A DNA stretch of 64,000 nt from Candidatus Foliamicus sp. (GTDB lineage: Bacteria; Pseudomonadota; Gammaproteobacteria; Steroidobacterales; Foliamicaceae): assembly GCA_965261845.1 (NCBI GenBank), contig OZ253475.1:2790152-2854151 (forward strand), read 5' to 3'. The position numbers and the translations under genes were made by a program. Positions 60,742 through 64,000 of the stretch are shown one piece after another. The notes beneath the pieces are model-generated. The model did no database searches. It was not told the DNA's origin and saw nothing but the letters and a program-made list of their open reading frames with translations. Numbering within the stretch: position 1 is the stretch's first letter; each line of letters starts with the position of its first letter.

Positions 60742-61662
60742 CTACGCTGCGCGGCAGCGCTGCACCGGGATTCCGAGCTTGTCGGCCTTGTCGATGAGGT
60801 TGTCGGTGATGCCGCTGCCCGGGAACGCGATGACTCCCTTGGGCAGCAGGTTGAGCAGGTCGTCGTTTCGCCGGAACGGAGCGGCGCGCCCGTGTGCGTT
60901 CCAGTCCGGCTTGCAGACCACCTGGTGGACGCCGTGGCGTTCGGCCCACTGCGCGGCGATGCGTTCCACGCCGGGGCCGCCGCCGTGCACGAGGACCATG
61001 TCGCTGTACTTCGCGCGGGCCTTATCGAGCCGGGCGAAGATGGCGTCGATGTCGGTGACGTTCTTGCCGCCGGCCACCGCGATCAGCGTTCCATCGGGCA
61101 GGTGCGCCTGGGTTTCGCGATCCTTGCGCGCGCGCAGGAAGTCACGGGCGTCGATGGCCGCGGAGGTGAGCTTGCCGGTGTGCGAGACGTGGCTGCCGCG
61201 GCGCGGGCGCCAGGTGTGGCCGGTGGCGTCGCGGTAGGCGTCGGCGGCGGTGTCGCGCAGCTTCTCGAACGCGTCGCGCCGGTCGCCGAGGTTCTGCGCG
61301 CGGTGCGTCGTCAGCTCCAGCTCCCTCGCGTTGATCTCGGTGCCGTCCTGGGCGCGCTGCAGGTCGCGGATTCTGGGCGCGAGCCGGTCGACGCTGCGGT
61401 CGAGTCGTCTCACCTGCGCGTTAAGCATGTTGACGAAGCCCCAGAGCATGGACTCGCGCTCGTCGGCGAGCTGGGTGCCGTCGGGGCCGATGTTGTCCGC
61501 GAGGACGCGGAACGCCTCGCCGACGGCTTCGAGCGCGTCGCTTTTGTCCCAGACGTCCCTGGGGTCGAACTCGTCGCGCTCGGGTTTTGCGCCGTAGAGC
61601 GCGGCGTTCTCGCAGATGACGGCGGTGGGGGACTGGGCTTGATGAGTGTCGATATCGAACAT
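60742..61662 (-). CDS. DUF2493 (SLOG/DprA-like) family protein
   Basis: The preferred start is MFDIDTHQ (ATG 61662, with GGAGA RBS). The C-terminal VAGGKNVTDIDAIFARLDKARAKYSDMVLVHGGGPGVERIAAQWAERHGV.QVVCKPDW..HGRAAPFRRND fits DUF2493, common on alphaproteobacterial ICEs and plasmids. Confidence 0.7.
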   Translation of the reverse strand: MFDIDTHQAQSPTAVICENAALYGAKPERDEFDPRDVWDKSDALEAVGEAFRVLADNIGPDGTQLADERESMLWGFVNMLNAQVRRLDRSVDRLAPRIRDLQRAQDGTEINARELELTTHRAQNLGDRRDAFEKLRDTAADAYRDATGHTWRPRRGSHVSHTGKLTSAAIDARDFLRARKDRETQAHLPDGTLIAVAGGKNVTDIDAIFARLDKARAKYSDMVLVHGGGPGVERIAAQWAERHGVHQVVCKPDWNAHGRAAPFRRNDDLLNLLPKGVIAFPGSGITDNLIDKADKLGIPVQRCRAA

Positions 61663-62064
61663 GAGAGTGTCTCCTTGGATTACGTATTGAGTGTTGAGCC
61701 GTATTGGCCCGAAATGCCGGAAGAGCGTTTCCCGACTTAGGTTTATTGGTTCACGCGCGCGCAGCGGAGCCACCGCGAAGCGGCCGCAACGAAGTGGAGG
61801 ACCCCGTAGGGGTTGGCGCAGTGAGCACGTGTGGGACAATGGGCCTATGTCGGGAGGAGCTTTGTTGTTTCCACGACCACGCCCTCTTCGAGCAAGCGGA
61901 GCGCGCAGCGAGCCTGCGAGCGGAGGCGCGAGGGATTGCAGCGGAAATCGGAGCTTGCGGAGATTGCAGCGCAAAGCCCGGTCGCACAGCGACGCGCCCA
62001 ATCAACCTCCTGAAGGCTGCCTCGCCGTCCGCGTTCTGGCAATGAAATCCGAAATCCACGGCGA

Positions 62065-62292
62065 TCACCCATAGAACCGATGGGTGCCCACGAGGCGTTG
62101 CGCGACCTCGCGGATGCGTTCTCGGTCGTGGACGCGTTTCGGTCCTCGCCAGTCCTCGAACAGGTGGATCACGAAGTAGTGCGACCCGGGCTTGAGGATG
62201 TCGTCCTGGCGATAGACGTTGCCGACGCAGTCGCCGTCGAAGTAGATGCGCGATTGATGCGGACCGTTCCGCTTGAAGGTGATGTCGGTCAT
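62065..62292 (-). CDS. Small hypothetical protein
   Basis: ~75 aa from MTDITFKRNGPHQSRIYFDG. The longer track ORF upstream is Arg/Pro-rich and unlikely to be coding. Confidence 0.4.
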   Translation of the reverse strand: MTDITFKRNGPHQSRIYFDGDCVGNVYRQDDILKPGSHYFVIHLFEDWRGPKRVHDRERIREVAQRLVGTHRFYG

Positions 62293-62369
62293 TGATGCCT
62301 CCCGGTTGCTTGATCGCCGCGCGGCGAGACTCCCTCTGCCCTCTCCACGCCGTTCGCCCCCCGCCCGCT

Positions 62370-62681
62370 TCACTCCGCCTCCCGGGGCCGGAGCTCGGCG
62401 GCCGCCCAGGCGGCGGCGCGGGCGAGCACCTCTCCGTGGCAGGGCAGCGGCGCGCAGTGGCAGGCCAGGTCGCGTCCTTTGAGGGCGGCCAGCGCCGTCA
62501 GGTCGATCTTGCCGGCGCGGATGCGCCGCCAGAGATCGGCGCGGTAGCGCGCGATGACCTGGGCGCGGGTTCCGTCGCGGCCGACGATGAATGGGTTGCC
62601 CCATTCGGTGCGGCGGTCGATGCGCACCGCGCCGTTGGCGACGGCGTCGGGTTCGCGTTTCAGATTGACGATGCGGCTCAT
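62370..62681 (-). CDS. DUF4326 family protein
   Basis: 103 aa from MSRIVNLKRE (GGGAGAAGG RBS). VRIDRRTEWGNPF..G.DG.R..VI..YR..L....... and L.GRDLACHC.P.PCHGEVL are signature motifs. Confidence 0.75.
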   Translation of the reverse strand: MSRIVNLKREPDAVANGAVRIDRRTEWGNPFIVGRDGTRAQVIARYRADLWRRIRAGKIDLTALAALKGRDLACHCAPLPCHGEVLARAAAWAAAELRPREAE

Positions 62682-62713
62682 GCCTTCTCCCTCTATTCCA
62701 GCGGTGCTCGCAT

Positions 62714-63739
62714 TTACCCGCGCCGTCCTCCCTCGCCCGCGAAGCGGACCGACGGAGCGAGCCGCGCGGCGAGCGCGTCCGGGCCGAGTTCCAGGAGGTC
62801 GTCGTTGAAGTCGCCGCCTTCGGGAACGATGACGGTGACGGCGACCCCGGCGCGCGCGCAGCGCCGGGCGAGGCGTTCGGCGGCCCATTCGCCTTCGGCG
62901 TCGTTGTCGCGGGCGACGACCAGCCGTTCGACGCCGGGCGGAGGCGCGAACGCGCCGAGGCTCCCGGCGGAGAGCGCCGCGGCGGCCTTGAGCCTGGGTG
63001 CCGCAGTCACCAGAGACAGCACGGTCTCGATGCCTTCGCCGACCAGGAGCGTGGCGTCGGCCGAGCCGAACCGCACCGCGTGTCCGTGGATGCGACCGAG
63101 CGCCTTTCTCGGCAAGGCAACGCCCGCCTTGGCGGGCGAGCGGGGATCGAGCCAGGTGCGCTGCACGCCGGCGATGACGCCGTCGTCGCCGGTCACGGCC
63201 CCGACCAGCGCCGGCAGGCGGATGACGGAGGCGTCCTCGCGGTAGCGAAGCGCGGGGTGAAAGCGCAGCGCCGCGAAGCGGCAGCGCGCGAGCCCCCGGG
63301 CGAGGAGATAGCGTTCCGCGTGGGTGCCGTCGATGGCGTGGCAGCGGCGCCACAGGCGCCGAGCCGCCTCGGTCGAATCGTAGGTTTCGCCCCCGGCCAA
63401 TGGCGGCTCGCCCGATGGCGGCTCGCCCGGCAGTGCGAGGAAGGCACGGGCCTCGTCGAGCGCCGCGCGCAGCGTCGGCGCGCCCGAGCAATGGCGGATG
63501 ATGTCGAGCAGATCGCCGTGCTCGCCGGTGGCCGCGTCGGTCCACTTGCCGGGGATGCCGGGAGGCGCGAGGCGGACATAGAGCGAGCGCCCGCGGGCGC
63601 CGTCGAGGTCGCCCACGATCCAGTAACGCCCCTGGCGGCGACCGTGGGGCAGGTAGCGCCGGCACACGGCCTCGGGGCGTTGCCCGAGGGCGGCCGCGAC
63701 AGCGGCGGCGTTCATGGCGCCGCTCCGGCGGGAGGGCAT
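62714..63739 (-). CDS. Toprim-domain protein (DUF7146/primase-like), typical of ICEs
   Basis: ..YWIVGDLDGARGRSLYVRL..GKWTDAATGEHGDLLDII.. then LLVGEGIETVLS...LVVARDNDAEGEWAA (Toprim E and DxD). The start is either 63739 or 63715. Confidence 0.75.
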   Translation of the reverse strand: MPSRRSGAMNAAAVAAALGQRPEAVCRRYLPHGRRQGRYWIVGDLDGARGRSLYVRLAPPGIPGKWTDAATGEHGDLLDIIRHCSGAPTLRAALDEARAFLALPGEPPSGEPPLAGGETYDSTEAARRLWRRCHAIDGTHAERYLLARGLARCRFAALRFHPALRYREDASVIRLPALVGAVTGDDGVIAGVQRTWLDPRSPAKAGVALPRKALGRIHGHAVRFGSADATLLVGEGIETVLSLVTAAPRLKAAAALSAGSLGAFAPPPGVERLVVARDNDAEGEWAAERLARRCARAGVAVTVIVPEGGDFNDDLLELGPDALAARLAPSVRFAGEGGRRG

Positions 63740-63941
63740 GGTTTGGGCATGAGCGGACTCCTTCGGCCTTATGGGGAACGCCCGATACCGGCCGGCCTCC
63801 GCCTCTCGGCGGCGCCGGAGGACGAGCGTCCCGCGCGAAACGCGGGCTGGCCGCCCGAACGGGGCCGCTCGAAGCCAGCAGCAAAAAGGGGGACCGGCGC
63901 CGAAGCGCCGGCCCCCCGGAGAGGACGGATGATGACGGGTT

Positions 63942-64000
63942 CTAGAACGGGATCTCATCGTCCACGTCGGCGGCGGAGTCGCCGGCGGGCATGTCCGTGC
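63942..64000 (-). CDS. ssb: Second ssb gene, C-terminal end only (the gene continues beyond the window)
   Basis: The minus-strand read ends ..DMPAGDSAADVDDEIPF*, the acidic SSB tip motif (DDDIPF). Confidence 0.6.
   Translation of the reverse strand, partial: TDMPAGDSAADVDDEIPF

Noticed and set aside
1-64000. Scan for tRNA, tmRNA or rRNA genes that could serve as an ICE integration site.
   Set aside because: No T-arm (GGTTCGAATCC-like) with matching acceptor stems was recognised by eye. A tRNAscan/Infernal run would be needed to be certain.

Overview
GC-rich proteobacterial accessory region. The gene content of the transfer and maintenance modules looks alphaproteobacterial, but that is only an impression. 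All calls rest on reading the sequence and on motif recognition by eye; no searches were run.

Layout, left to right:
1. 1-2.6 kb: 5' part of a giant cadherin-repeat lipoprotein gene on the minus strand, running off the window. It has a hexanucleotide poly-Pro microsatellite and a G9 tract upstream.
2. 3.2-8.9 kb: a compact, translationally coupled type I-E Cascade operon (cas8e fused to cas11e, then cas7e, cas5e, cas6e). A two-repeat mini-array with a ~20-nt spacer follows 16 nt downstream. No cas3, cas1 or cas2 is present. This is the most interesting locus.
3. 8.9-19.7 kb: an IS graveyard in a destroyed hflKC operon. It holds an IS5-family copy and an IS21-family element. The IS21 istB gene is split by a recombinase-in-trio (RIT) element, and the RIT ritA gene is split by an IS66-family element that carries a DUF4338 gene. 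All junctions are resolvable to the base.
4. 19.7-24.7 kb: gene remnants and a frameshifted oxidoreductase. There is also a truncated IS3-family element whose subterminal left end is triplicated and hit by an rve-type IS.
5. 24.8-50.3 kb: an F-type (TraL/E/K/B/V/C/W/U/N/F/H/G) conjugative transfer region with a TraD coupling protein and a MobF TraI relaxase. traB is frameshifted.
6. 50.4-59.1 kb: lower-GC cargo. It contains an AbiE pair, two large uncharacterised proteins with HEPN-like C-termini, a DNA methyltransferase remnant, an IS1182-family copy and a second IS3 fragment.
7. 59.7-64.0 kb: ICE/plasmid-type maintenance genes (RHH, DUF2493, DUF4326, Toprim, a second ssb), with a triple palindrome operator region.

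No tRNA or rRNA genes were recognised.
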